Shown in pieces: positions 48,834 through 57,989 of a stretch of DNA of 64,000 nucleotides. The DNA comes from Gaiellales bacterium. Its GTDB lineage: Bacteria > Actinomycetota > Thermoleophilia > Gaiellales > Gaiellaceae. The position numbers and the translations under genes were made by a program. Under the pieces are notes generated by a model. The model saw only the letters and a list, made by a program, of their open reading frames with translations, was not told where the DNA came from and made no database searches. The DNA lies in assembly GCA_038215565.1 (NCBI GenBank), contig JBBQQU010000004.1, positions 121,478 to 185,477 on the forward strand, in the 5' to 3' direction. Positions within the stretch are counted from its first letter, which is position 1. Every line of letters starts with the position of its first letter.

Positions 48834-50062
48834 CTGTGCCGCGCGGGGTCGGCGTCGAAGGTGTGCTTGCAGTGCGCGCCGCAGAAGTAGATCCGGCGTC
48901 CCTCGAGCTCGGAGGTCGGCCCGCCCGCATGCTTGTCGACGGTCATGCCGCACACGGGGTCTTTAACGCCCCGCCGGAGCGTCAGCCCGATCAGCGCGAC
49001 GAAGGCGACGGCGAAGAGGATGTCGAGTACCGATGTGTAGTTCCAGGTGACCGGCCGGTCTGCGATCGAGGCGAGCGAAGGGCGCTTCGTCGGCACAAGA
49101 CCCACCAATGAGAAGAGGCCGTCGACGACAAGCGCCGCGGTCACCATCGAGGCGAACATCACCGCGACGAGGAGTGCTGCGAACCGCCCCCCGTAGACCT
49201 TGCGGTAATAACTGATGATCGGCAGCACGATCAGATCGGCGAAGAGAAAGGCGATCACGCCCGAGAACGAGATGCCGCCGCTCCAGAGCACGGCCGCGAG
49301 CGGGACGTTGCCGATCGAGCAGACGAACGCAAGCGCCGCAACGATGGGGCCGACGAGAACGTTCTCGAGGAGGCGCACCCAGTGGGAGGAATCCGTCAGG
49401 AAGAGGCCGTTGAAGAACGTCTTCGGCAGCGTCGCGACGTAGCCCGCGATCAGGAACCCGATCCCGATCTCCTTCCAGAGCATCTGCCAGTCGCCGCGGA
49501 AGTTGTGCGCGACGTCGGACCACGCCTGCACCGAGGTCACCTTGCGTCGCAGTGGCAGCTCGGTTTGCGCGGTTGGATGCTGGTGCCCCGTGTCGGCCGT
49601 AGCGACCCGCGCCCTCAGCTCGCGTTCGCGCAGGGGCGAGACGAGCAACCGAAGCCCCGCCCACATGACCCCGATCAGAACGAGCCCGCCGACGAATTCC
49701 GCGAGCGTGAACCGCCAGCCGATGAAGAGCCACAGCACGATCCCGAGCTCGAAGACGAGGTTCGTCGAGGCGAACTGGAACGCCATCGCCGAGACGAGGC
49801 TCGCCCCCTTCTCGAAGAGCGACTTCGCGATCGCGACGGCTGCGTAGGAGCACGACGACGACGCGGCGCCAAGCCCGGTTGCGAGTGCGACCTCGCGCGG
49901 CCCCCGGCGGCCAAGGGCGCGCTCGAGGCGAGCACGCGGCACCCAAGCCTGGACAATCCCGGACAGGGCGAAGCCGAGGACGAGCGCCCACCACACCTCC
50001 CAGAGCATGCGGAGCGCGTTCGCGAGTCCCTCCCAGAGCCACATCGACCCCAGACTAGACAT
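48830..50062 (-). CDS. permease (ArsP_1/DUF318-like) fused to a C-terminal YHS/TRASH metal-binding domain
   Basis: Polytopic core with ATGLGAASSSCSYAAVAIAKSLFEKGAS. C-terminus VKDPVCGMTVDK...YFCGAHCKHTF is a YHS domain. The start is ATG 50062 or 50044; the ORF-track start at 50131 overlaps the small ORF listed at 50073-50180. Confidence 0.8.
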   Translation of the reverse strand: MSSLGSMWLWEGLANALRMLWEVWWALVLGFALSGIVQAWVPRARLERALGRRGPREVALATGLGAASSSCSYAAVAIAKSLFEKGASLVSAMAFQFASTNLVFELGIVLWLFIGWRFTLAEFVGGLVLIGVMWAGLRLLVSPLRERELRARVATADTGHQHPTAQTELPLRRKVTSVQAWSDVAHNFRGDWQMLWKEIGIGFLIAGYVATLPKTFFNGLFLTDSSHWVRLLENVLVGPIVAALAFVCSIGNVPLAAVLWSGGISFSGVIAFLFADLIVLPIISYYRKVYGGRFAALLVAVMFASMVTAALVVDGLFSLVGLVPTKRPSLASIADRPVTWNYTSVLDILFAVAFVALIGLTLRRGVKDPVCGMTVDKHAGGPTSELEGRRIYFCGAHCKHTFDADPARHS

Positions 50063-50072
50063 CAGGGGCGGT

Positions 50073-50180
50073 CTAGAGGTTGCGGCGAGCCCGGCTGTCG
50101 AACTGGCGCGAATCGGCGCCGTAGGCGGCACCGAGCGCGCACACCGCGATCACGGCGAGCAGGAAAAGGATGGCGATCAT
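50073..50180 (-). CDS. candidate small membrane protein (35 aa) upstream of the YHS-permease
   Basis: MIAILFLLAVIAVCALGAAYGADSRQFDSRARRNL has one TM helix and a basic tail. 31/35 codons end in G or C. Below the ORF-track length cut-off. No clear SD. Confidence 0.35.
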   Translation of the reverse strand: MIAILFLLAVIAVCALGAAYGADSRQFDSRARRNL

Positions 50181-50227
50181 GCGCACAGGGTGCCTTGCAG
50201 GGACTATCAGCGCAAATCGTAGTAGTA

Positions 50228-50244
50228 TTCATATCGATTATGAA
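50228..50244. promoter_or_regulatory. LysR-type binding box candidate (TTCATA-N5-TATGAA) overlapping the LysR start codon
   Basis: Perfect 6-bp inverted arms at 50228-33 and 50239-44. It sits in the only AT-rich patch of the divergent region. The right arm contains the ATG at 50240. Confidence 0.4.
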
Positions 50245-51160
50245 ATCTGATAGTTGGCTGGGAGTCGAGCTCCGGCACTTCGCCGCGCTCCAGGCGGTTG
50301 CGAGTGAGGGATCGTTCGGACGCGCCGCCGAGCGGCTCGGCTACACGCAGTCGGCGATCAGCCAGCAGATCGCGACCCTCGAGCGAATCGTCGGCGAGCG
50401 GCTCGTCGAACGCCCCGGCGGACCCCGCGCGGTCTCGCTCACCGAGGCCGGAAGGCTGCTACTTCGACATGCGGAGTCGATCGTGTCGCGCTTGCAGGCG
50501 GCGCAGGCAGACCTCAACGCTCTCCGTGCCGGGGAGGCCGGAACGCTGCGTGTCGGCACGTTCCAATCGGTGGGGGCGCGGCTCCTCCCCGAGATCATGC
50601 GGCGCTTCGGTGCCCAGTGGCCGGCGATCGACGTCGTGCTCGAAGAGTTCGACGATGCCCTCGTCGGCACCGCACTCGAACGTGGCGAGCTCGACGTCGG
50701 CTTCGTGTTGCTCCCTGTGATCGACGCGCCGCTCGAGACGCTCGAGCTGTTGCGCGACCCCTACGTCGTCGTGGTGCCCATCGACTCGCCCTACGCGACG
50801 GGACGCACACCGACTCTCGCCCAGATCGGCGCCGAGCCCCTCGTCGGCTTCCACTCCGACCGGTCGATCGAGCCCGTCGAAGCGGCCATTCACGGCGCCG
50901 GCCTCGAACCGCGCTTCAAGCTTCGATCGAACGACAACGGCACGGTGCAGGGCCTCGTCGCAGCGGGAGTCGCGAACGCGATCATGCCCCGGCTGACCGT
51001 CGATGCGAGCGACCCGCGTGTCGCGATCCGCGCACTGGGTGACGCCGTGCCGCCGCGAATCATCGCCATCGCACGACACGCCGACCGCTACCTGTCCCCC
51101 GCGGCGCGCGCTTTCATCGAGACGGCGACGGCGAGCGTGGCGTCACCCGACCTCGGCTGA
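50240..51160 (+). CDS. LysR family transcriptional regulator
   Basis: 306 aa. N-terminal HTH LRHFAALQAVASEGSFGRAAERLGYTQSAISQQIATLE. It is the tail of the spurious ORF 49382-51160. Confidence 0.9.
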   Translation: MKSDSWLGVELRHFAALQAVASEGSFGRAAERLGYTQSAISQQIATLERIVGERLVERPGGPRAVSLTEAGRLLLRHAESIVSRLQAAQADLNALRAGEAGTLRVGTFQSVGARLLPEIMRRFGAQWPAIDVVLEEFDDALVGTALERGELDVGFVLLPVIDAPLETLELLRDPYVVVVPIDSPYATGRTPTLAQIGAEPLVGFHSDRSIEPVEAAIHGAGLEPRFKLRSNDNGTVQGLVAAGVANAIMPRLTVDASDPRVAIRALGDAVPPRIIAIARHADRYLSPAARAFIETATASVASPDLG

Positions 51161-51165
51161 TCGGC

Positions 51166-51269
51166 AACGGGGCGGCAACCAGGCTGCGGCACCGGGCAGC
51201 CGCCCCGTTCCAGATCTCAAGGACACATCGTCGCGCCGGAATGGAACCGGCGCCATCCCCGTTTCGGGG
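51166..51269. terminator. three consecutive hairpins between convergent LysR and glmS genes
   Basis: First, an 11-bp stem AACGGGGCGGC (51166-76) with GCCGCCCCGTT (51199-209). Second, CGCCGG-N7-CCGGCG. Third, CCCCG-TTT-CGGGG (51257-69) abutting the glmS stop. Confidence 0.45.
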
Positions 51270-51271
51270 AG

Positions 51272-53101
51272 TTATTCGACGGTGACGGTCTTTGCGAGGT
51301 TGCGCGGCTGGTCGACGTTCAGGCCACGCAAGCGCGCGATGCGATAGGCGAGCAACTGGAGCGGGAGAATTGCCAGCGCCGCCTGGATGAACGCCGGGGA
51401 CTTCGGTACGTAGATGACGTCATCGGCGTGGTGCTGGATGTCCTCGTTCCCGTCGGTCGCGATCGCGATCACGTGCGCACCGCGCGCCCTCGTCTCCTGG
51501 ATGTTCGAGACGATCTTCTCGTAGACGTGAATGTTCGTCGCCACGACGACGACCGGAGTGCCCTCTTCGAGGAGTGCGATCGGGCCGTGCTTCATCTCGC
51601 CCGCCGAGTACGCCTCGGTGGGGATGTACGAAATCTCCTTCAGCTTCAACGCGCCCTCGAGCGCCACCGGCAGGCCGATGTTGCGGCCGAGGTACAGGAA
51701 GAACGGCTCCTCGTAGAAGCGCTGGGCGATCTCCTCGATCGGATGGTCGCCGTCGAGGAAACGCTGCATCTTCTCCGGCAGGTCATAGGCCTCGTCGAGG
51801 ATGAATTCGATCTCCTCCGGAGGCAGCGTTTCGCGGCACTGGGCGAGCTTCAGGGCGACGAGGTACAAGAGCGCGATCTGCGCCGTGAACGTCTTCGAGG
51901 CGGCGACGCCGACCTCGAGCCCCGTGCGGGTGTAGAGCACCGAGTCGACCTCGCGCGTGATCTGCGAGCCCATCATGTTCGTGATCGCGACCGTGCGCGC
52001 ACCGCGCTCACGCGCAAGCTTCATCGCCTGGATCGTGTCGCGCGTCTCACCGGACTGCGAGATCCCGATCACGAGCGTCCCGGGGTCGAGCACCGGGTTG
52101 CGGTAGATCCATTCGCTCGCCGCGTCAGGCTCGACCGGGACGCGCGCCCACTCCTCGATTGCGTACCGGCCGACGACGGCGGCGTGATAGGAAGTCCCGC
52201 AGGCGACGATCACGATGCGGCGCAGGTCGCGTAGTTCGTCTTCGGACATCCCGAGCCCGTCGAGCACCAGGTGGCCGTGGCGGACGCGGTCACCGATCGT
52301 CTCGGCAACGCCTTCCGGCTGCTCGAAGATCTCCTTCAGCATGAACGTCTCGTAGCCGGAGCGCTCGGCGGCCTCGTCGTCCCAGTCGACCTGGATCGTG
52401 TCGACTTCGAGCGCCTCACCGGTATCGGCACTCACGTAGGTGACGCCTTCCGGTGTGATCGATGCGATATCGCCGTCGTTCGGGAACTGCACACAACGCG
52501 TCTCGGCAAGGAACGCTGCGAGGTTCGAGGCGACGAAATTCTCGTTCTGCCCGATGCCGACCACCATGGGTGTCTGGTGGCGCACACCGACGAGGTGGCT
52601 CGGGTGATCGTGATGAATGACGACGAAGGTGAAGTGCCCCTCGAGCCGTGCGTAGGTTGCGCGCACCGCGTCCACGAGGTCGCCGTCGTAGGCGCTCTCG
52701 AGCAGGTGGGCAACAACTTCGGCGTCCGTCTCCGAGCTGAACACGTGCCCGTCCGCGAGGAGCTCCTCGCGCAGCTCACGATAATTCTCGACGATCCCGT
52801 TCAGGACGATCGCCATCTTGTCGTCGTCGCAAGCAGACAACGGATGTGCATTGAGCTCCGTGACGCTGCCGTGCGTCGCCCAGCGCGTGTGGCCGAGCCC
52901 GGTCGTCGAAACCGAGCCGTTCGGACCGGCCGCCAACTTGAGGTTGGCGAGGTTGCCGACGGCGCGGACGTACTCCAGTCCCCGCTCTTCATGGAGCGCA
53001 ATTCCGGCAGAGTCGTAGCCGCGATATTCAAGACGTTGGAGCCCTGCAAGCAGCAGCGGCTTCGACGGCCGACCTCCGACGTATCCGATGATTCCGCACA
53101 T
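51272..53101 (-). CDS. glmS: glutamine--fructose-6-phosphate aminotransferase (isomerizing)
   Basis: 609 aa. N-terminal nucleophile MCGIIGY, two SIS domains and C-terminal KTVTVE. Confidence 0.97.
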   Translation of the reverse strand: MCGIIGYVGGRPSKPLLLAGLQRLEYRGYDSAGIALHEERGLEYVRAVGNLANLKLAAGPNGSVSTTGLGHTRWATHGSVTELNAHPLSACDDDKMAIVLNGIVENYRELREELLADGHVFSSETDAEVVAHLLESAYDGDLVDAVRATYARLEGHFTFVVIHHDHPSHLVGVRHQTPMVVGIGQNENFVASNLAAFLAETRCVQFPNDGDIASITPEGVTYVSADTGEALEVDTIQVDWDDEAAERSGYETFMLKEIFEQPEGVAETIGDRVRHGHLVLDGLGMSEDELRDLRRIVIVACGTSYHAAVVGRYAIEEWARVPVEPDAASEWIYRNPVLDPGTLVIGISQSGETRDTIQAMKLARERGARTVAITNMMGSQITREVDSVLYTRTGLEVGVAASKTFTAQIALLYLVALKLAQCRETLPPEEIEFILDEAYDLPEKMQRFLDGDHPIEEIAQRFYEEPFFLYLGRNIGLPVALEGALKLKEISYIPTEAYSAGEMKHGPIALLEEGTPVVVVATNIHVYEKIVSNIQETRARGAHVIAIATDGNEDIQHHADDVIYVPKSPAFIQAALAILPLQLLAYRIARLRGLNVDQPRNLAKTVTVE

Positions 53102-53196
53102 CCGGAGCCTCCTTCGTACCGGGCCTATCTATCAGAGCGCGCCTCCTCCCGATGGAGGATGCCCGTGGAAAGAACTACTTGCCCCCGCAGATGTCC

Positions 53197-53226
53197 TTTT
53201 AAAACGCAAAAGCCCGGCTGCGGGCC
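53197..53226 (-). terminator. short rho-independent terminator after glmM
   Basis: On the minus strand, GCCCG-CAGC-CGGGC is followed by TTTTGCGTTTT. Confidence 0.5.
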
Positions 53227-53244
53227 GTTCCTTCGTCGAAACGG

Positions 53245-54510
53245 TCAGCCGAGCTCTCGTCGAACGAGCGCTGCGATCCTACCACAGGCCTCGTTTGCGA
53301 CCTCCGCGTTTCGTGCCTCGGCAAGCACCCGAATGAGGGGCTCCGTGCCTGACGCACGAACGAGCACGCGCCCTTCCCCGCTCCACTCCCGATTCATCCG
53401 TTCGACTTCGTCGATGATCGCCGGCGTGAGCTCGCGGTTGTCGACGCGAACGTTCTGCTGGACCTGCGGGTAGCGAGTCATCGCTGCGGCGATCACGCTG
53501 AGCCGCCGGCCCTTCAGCGCCGCGCAAAGAAGAAGCCCCGCGGCGAGGCCGTCGCCTGTCACGTGATCGCGCAGGTAGATCACGTGACCCGACTGCTCAC
53601 CGCCGAGCAGCGCGTTCTCGCGGTGCAATGCCTCGAGGACATACCTGTCACCGACATCGGTCGTGACGACACGAACGCCGTGCTCCTGCATGAGCGCATG
53701 GAAGCCGAGGTTCGTCATGACCGTGACGGCGACGGTGTCGACCTTCTGGTCGAGCGCGAGAATCGCGATGATCTGGTCTCCGTCGACCGCAGCACCGTTC
53801 TCGTCAACGGCCAGCATGCGGTCACCGTCCCCGTCGAACGCGATCCCGACGTCGTACCCGCCCTCGACGACGGTTCGCTGGAGCAGTGAGAGGTCGGTCG
53901 CACCACACTCGACGTTGATGTTCGACCCGTTGGGCGCGTCGCCGATCGCCTTGACCTCGGCGCCGCAGCGTTCAAACGCACGCGGCCCCAGGCCCGAGTA
54001 CGCACCATTTGCGCAATCGATGACGATGCGCAACCCGGCGAGGTCGGAGCCAAACCGGTCAAGGATGTGCTGCATGTAGGAGTCCATCGCGACCTCGACG
54101 TGCTCGACTGTCCCCTGGTCGACGCCCGGCGCCGCCGCGAGCAACGCCTCGATCTGCTCCTCGGACTTGTCCGAGAGTTTGCGGCCCTTGCCATCGAAGA
54201 ACTTGACGCCGTTGTACTCGGGCGGGTTGTGCGACGCGGAGATGACCACGCCGAGATCGAGTGCGAGCAGCGCGACCGCCGGTGTCGGCAACACGCCGCC
54301 GAGGATGCAGTCGCCGCCCGCGGACACGACACCGCGGGCGAATGCCTCCTCGAGCTCGACGCCCGACGCACGCGTGTCGCGCCCGACGAAGACTTTCGCC
54401 GCCCCCGTCCAGAGTGCGGCGGCACGGCCAAGCCGCTCTACGAGCTCGGGCGTCAGAAACTCGCCCACGACGCCGCGCACCCCGTCGGTGCCGAAGTACC
54501 TTCTGGCCAC
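53245..54510 (-). CDS. glmM: phosphoglucosamine mutase
   Basis: GTG start at 54510 gives VARRYFGTDGVRG. Active-site Ser context SASHNPPEYNG. The ORF-track start at 54600 overlaps rpsI. Confidence 0.93.
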   Translation of the reverse strand: MARRYFGTDGVRGVVGEFLTPELVERLGRAAALWTGAAKVFVGRDTRASGVELEEAFARGVVSAGGDCILGGVLPTPAVALLALDLGVVISASHNPPEYNGVKFFDGKGRKLSDKSEEQIEALLAAAPGVDQGTVEHVEVAMDSYMQHILDRFGSDLAGLRIVIDCANGAYSGLGPRAFERCGAEVKAIGDAPNGSNINVECGATDLSLLQRTVVEGGYDVGIAFDGDGDRMLAVDENGAAVDGDQIIAILALDQKVDTVAVTVMTNLGFHALMQEHGVRVVTTDVGDRYVLEALHRENALLGGEQSGHVIYLRDHVTGDGLAAGLLLCAALKGRRLSVIAAAMTRYPQVQQNVRVDNRELTPAIIDEVERMNREWSGEGRVLVRASGTEPLIRVLAEARNAEVANEACGRIAALVRRELG

Positions 54511-54523
54511 GAGTGAGAGGCCG

Positions 54524-54919
54524 CTAGCGCTTGCTGAACTGCGGCGCCTTGCGCGCCTTGTGCAGGCCGGCTTTCTTGCGCTCCACCACGCGCGCGTCAC
54601 GCGTGAGGAAGCCTGCGCGCTTCAGCGGCACCCGGAGCTCCGGGTTGACCTCGACGAGCGCACGAGCGATGCCGTGGCGAACCGCACCGGCCTGGCCCGA
54701 AGGCCCGCCGCCGTGCACGCGCACCCGCAGGTCGTACTGACCCTCGAGCGCCGCGGTCTTCAGCGGAGCGGTAGCGAGCATCCGGTGCACCTGGCGCGGG
54801 AAGTAGTCCTCGATCGTCTTCCCGTTGATCCACGTCGCCCCGTCGCCAGGGCGAAGGATCACGCGCGCGACGGAGGTCTTGCGCTTGCCGGTGCCGAGAT
54901 ACTGAGCTTGAGTCGCCAT
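54524..54919 (-). CDS. rpsI: 30S ribosomal protein S9
   Basis: 131 aa. Contains [12 protein letters not shown] and the C-terminus [10 protein letters not shown]. Confidence 0.96.
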   Translation of the reverse strand: MATQAQYLGTGKRKTSVARVILRPGDGATWINGKTIEDYFPRQVHRMLATAPLKTAALEGQYDLRVRVHGGGPSGQAGAVRHGIARALVEVNPELRVPLKRAGFLTRDARVVERKKAGLHKARKAPQFSKR

Positions 54920-55348
54920 TTACACCTCGAGAGTGGTCGGAGCCTGTGCCTCGTGCGGATGCTCCGACCCAGCGTAGATCTTCAGCTTGGTCAGTTGCGC
55001 GCGACCGAGACGATTGCGCGGGAGCATCCCCTTGACGGCCTTCCGCAGGACTTCGGTCGGCTGCCGGTTCAGCTGTTCGCGGAGCGTGCGCTCGCGGAGG
55101 CCGCCGGGATAGCCCGAATGCTTGTAGTACATCTTCTGCTCGAGTTTCTTGCCGGTGACGGCGATCTTCTCGGCGTTGATGACGACGACGAAATCACCGA
55201 TGTCGACATGCGGGGCGAACTGCGGCTTTCCCTTGCCACGCAGCCGCTCGGCGATCTGGGTCGCGAGCCGCCCGAGGGTCTTGCCCTCGGCGTCCACGAT
55301 CAGCCAGTCGCGCTCGATTTCGCCCGGTTTTGGGTTATACGTCTTCAT
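54920..55348 (-). CDS. rplM: 50S ribosomal protein L13
   Basis: Start re-set to [20 protein letters not shown]. 142 aa. Its stop codon immediately abuts the rpsI start. Confidence 0.95.
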   Translation of the reverse strand: MKTYNPKPGEIERDWLIVDAEGKTLGRLATQIAERLRGKGKPQFAPHVDIGDFVVVINAEKIAVTGKKLEQKMYYKHSGYPGGLRERTLREQLNRQPTEVLRKAVKGMLPRNRLGRAQLTKLKIYAGSEHPHEAQAPTTLEV

Positions 55349-55473
55349 GCGAAAGGGAAGCGGGCACGAGCCCGCAGGGCGGCAATGGTAGCAGCGCTCA
55401 GGGTTCAACGCTTCGTCTCAATCACGGGTAGAAGTTCACGGTCTGCCCGATTCGGGCAGCGACCAGAGAGTCC

Positions 55474-56514
55474 ATGAGCGAACCCATCGAGATCCGCACC
55501 TTGACCGATGGCGGCCAGCAGCCGGTCGAGACGGCGCGCGCGATCGCGGCGTTCATCGACGAAGCGCAGAGCTCGCTCGAGCTCGCCCAGTACGACTTCA
55601 ACCTGGGCGCGGAAACGGCGGCAATCGTCGGCGATGCGATCCGTCGCGCGGATGCCCGGGGCGTGCGGATCCGCTTTGCGTACAACATCGACCACCCGAA
55701 TCCGATTCCGGTGCCGCCGCCCGCCGAGCCGGACGTTGCGCTCATCAGGTCGTTGCCCGGCGAGTCGAAGGCGATCGCCGGCGTCCCTGACCTGATGCAT
55801 CACAAGTACGTGATTCGGGACGACCGCACCGTTTGGACGGGCTCGTTGAACTGGACCGACGACGCATGGTCACGCCAGGAGAACGTCGTCGCCGTGATCG
55901 ACTCGCTCGCGATCGCGCGGGCCTACACGCTCGACTTCGAGCAGCTTTGGTCGACGGAGGACGTGATGCAGAGCGGGTTCGTCGACCCCCGCGACGAGGA
56001 CGGGGTCCGCGCCTGGTTCACGCCCGGACATGGGGAGGATCTCTCGGCGCGGATCGCGAAGTTCATTCGCCGCGCACGCCGCCGTGTGCGCATCTGCTCT
56101 CCGGTCATCACCACCGGGCCGGTGCTCGGAACGCTCGCGCAGGTGATCGCAGACAAGAGCGTCGACATCGCGGGGTGCGTCGATGCGACGCAGATCCGGG
56201 ACGTCATCCACCAGTGGCGAACCAACGAAAACGTCTCCTGGAAGCTGCCGCTCCTGCAGGCGGTAATGGCGGGGTCGTTCACCGGCAAAAACTCGACCCC
56301 GTTCGGTGCGGGCACGGTGCACGACTACATGCACGCGAAGGTCACGGTGTCTGACGACACGGTGTTCATCGGCTCGTTCAATCTGTCGCGGAGCGGTGAG
56401 AAGAACGCCGAGAACGTGCTCGAGATCCACGATGCGGGGCTCGCCGACCGACTCGCCGCGTACATCGACGAGGTACGCGCGAAGTATCCGCCGGTCGAGC
56501 TGCCGCCTGCCTGA
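55474..56514 (+). CDS. phospholipase D-like (two HKD motifs) family protein
   Basis: HKD motifs HHKYVIRDDRTVWTGSLNWT and HAKVTVSDDTVFIGSFNLS. Confidence 0.85.
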   Translation: MSEPIEIRTLTDGGQQPVETARAIAAFIDEAQSSLELAQYDFNLGAETAAIVGDAIRRADARGVRIRFAYNIDHPNPIPVPPPAEPDVALIRSLPGESKAIAGVPDLMHHKYVIRDDRTVWTGSLNWTDDAWSRQENVVAVIDSLAIARAYTLDFEQLWSTEDVMQSGFVDPRDEDGVRAWFTPGHGEDLSARIAKFIRRARRRVRICSPVITTGPVLGTLAQVIADKSVDIAGCVDATQIRDVIHQWRTNENVSWKLPLLQAVMAGSFTGKNSTPFGAGTVHDYMHAKVTVSDDTVFIGSFNLSRSGEKNAENVLEIHDAGLADRLAAYIDEVRAKYPPVELPPA

Positions 56515-56538
56515 GCGGCGGCGTATATCGTCGGGCAC

Positions 56539-57276
56539 ATGAGATTCGACGGCAAGACCGCGCTCGTAACAGGTGGTGCGAACGGCATCGGCGCGGCGAC
56601 GGCGAGGCGCCTCGCTGAGGAGGGCGCGACGGTCGTCATCGCGGACTTCGACGAGGGAGCGGCCAAGGAGATAGCGACGGCACTCGGGGGCCACGCGGTT
56701 CGGTGTGACGTGAACAAGCGCGACGACGTCGAGGGCGCGGTCAAGGCAGCTGTGAGCGCGGGTGGCTCACTCGACATCCTCGTGGCGTGCGCCGGGATCA
56801 TTCGCGACAACCTGCTCTTCAAGATGACCGATGACGACTGGGACTCGGTGATCGATACCCACTTGAAGGGCTCGTTCTACGCAGTGCGCGCGGCGCAGAA
56901 GCACATGGTCGAGCAGCGCAGCGGCAAGATGGTGTTGATCTCGTCGACGTCAGCGCTCGGAAACCGCGGGCAGACGAACTACTCGACGGCGAAAGCCGGT
57001 TTGCAGGGGATGACAAAGACGCTCGCGATCGAACTCGGCCCGTACAACGTGAATGTGAACTGCGTCGCGCCGGGATTCATCGCAACGGCGATGACGCAGC
57101 AGACGGCCGACCGCATGGGCGTCCCGTTCGAGACGTTCCGTGAGGCGGTCAGCGAACAAGTGCCGCTGCGCCGCGTCGGCGAGCCCGAGGATGTCGCAGG
57201 CACGATCGCCTACCTGTGCTCGGACGACGCGAGCTACGTCAGCGGGCAAGTGATCTACGTCCGCGGCGGCCCGTAG
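56539..57276 (+). CDS. fabG: 3-oxoacyl-[acyl-carrier-protein] reductase-like SDR
   Basis: 245 aa. Motifs TGGANGIG, NAG-equivalent ACAGI, YSTAKAG and GQVIYVRGG. Confidence 0.8.
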   Translation: MRFDGKTALVTGGANGIGAATARRLAEEGATVVIADFDEGAAKEIATALGGHAVRCDVNKRDDVEGAVKAAVSAGGSLDILVACAGIIRDNLLFKMTDDDWDSVIDTHLKGSFYAVRAAQKHMVEQRSGKMVLISSTSALGNRGQTNYSTAKAGLQGMTKTLAIELGPYNVNVNCVAPGFIATAMTQQTADRMGVPFETFREAVSEQVPLRRVGEPEDVAGTIAYLCSDDASYVSGQVIYVRGGP

Positions 57277-57277
57277 C

Positions 57278-57360
57278 GGTTCGAAACTCCTCAACCTGGT
57301 TCGAAAGGCGGAACCAGGTTGAAGGCGCACGCAACCTGGTTCGATCTTTAACCAGGTTGC
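57278..57360. repeat. two tandem strong hairpins built from a repeated CAACCTGGTTCGA core; likely bidirectional terminators
   Basis: Hairpin 1 has a perfect 12-bp stem, TCAACCTGGTTC (57291-302) with GAACCAGGTTGA (57311-322). Hairpin 2 has a perfect 11-bp stem, GCAACCTGGTT (57331-341) with AACCAGGTTGC (57350-360). The 13-mer CAACCTGGTTCGA is repeated at a 40-bp spacing. The 3' arm of hairpin 2 encodes the last codons (WQPG) of the minus-strand GNAT gene. Confidence 0.9.
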
Positions 57361-57989
57361 CAAGTTTTGACCTGCCCGGCCGCGTCGTAGGCGACGTAGT
57401 CGTAGCCGAGGCATGGTGATGCGGCGAGTTCCTCGGCGAGCAGCGAGTAGACCATCGAGTCGCGCCGTGGGCCTCCGTCGACGTGTGAGTCGAGGCGGCG
57501 TCGCAGCCGTCCCTCCAAGGTGAAGCCGAGCTTGATCGGGATCTTGAGACTTCGTTCGTTCTCCGGCTCGATCTGGAGATCCACGCGGTCGAGGCCGCAG
57601 AGCTCGAACCCGACGCGCGTCAAGACCGCGGTGAGCTCCGTCGCGATGCCCTGCCCGATGGAGGCCGCCGCCACCCAGTAGCCGATCTCGAGCGAGCCCT
57701 CGTTGCTCCGCTTGTGCAACCCCGTGCCACCGATCACCTCAGACTCGTCAGGGGTGAATACGCAGTAGATGTAGTTCTCGTCCCGGTCGAACTGCGCGCG
57801 AAACGAACGCAGAAGCGCAACGGTCTCCTCGACCGGCTGCGGCAGGAAGCGCGCCCACGGCATGAACGGAAGCAGGTGCTCGAGGCTCGCATCGACGGCT
57901 GCCTTCAAAAGTGGCGCGTCGCGCGGGTCGTAGCAGCGGATGACGAGACGGTCGGTCTCGATCCGGTAGGGGGGAGTCGCTACTCCCAC
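57348..57989 (-). CDS. GNAT family N-acetyltransferase (RimJ/RimL-like)
   Basis: GTG start at 57989 ([18 protein letters not shown]) overlaps the guaA stop by 10 nt. Contains the acetyl-CoA-binding-like segment IGQGIATE. The ORF-track start at 58226 lies inside guaA. Confidence 0.8.
   Translation of the reverse strand: MGVATPPYRIETDRLVIRCYDPRDAPLLKAAVDASLEHLLPFMPWARFLPQPVEETVALLRSFRAQFDRDENYIYCVFTPDESEVIGGTGLHKRSNEGSLEIGYWVAAASIGQGIATELTAVLTRVGFELCGLDRVDLQIEPENERSLKIPIKLGFTLEGRLRRRLDSHVDGGPRRDSMVYSLLAEELAASPCLGYDYVAYDAAGQVKTWQPG

Noticed and set aside
53102-53244. Possible glmS ribozyme upstream of glmS
   Set aside because: I could not locate the conserved core strings (GCGCC cleavage context, GACGAGG, CGGCGGAUGCC-type segments) on the glmS strand. 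The spacer is also short once the glmM terminator is subtracted. This needs an Infernal scan for certainty.
55349-55473. Ribosomal protein L13 leader upstream of rplM
   Set aside because: Two short hairpins exist (CTGCCCG-aat-CGGGCAG and GCGGGC-tcgt-GCCCGC). I cannot match them to the known L13 leader model from memory, so no claim is made.
57278-57306. GGTTCGAAA motifs considered as a tRNA fragment or pseudo-tRNA
   Set aside because: Only the T-loop-like nonamer matches. No acceptor, D or anticodon arms can be folded around it.
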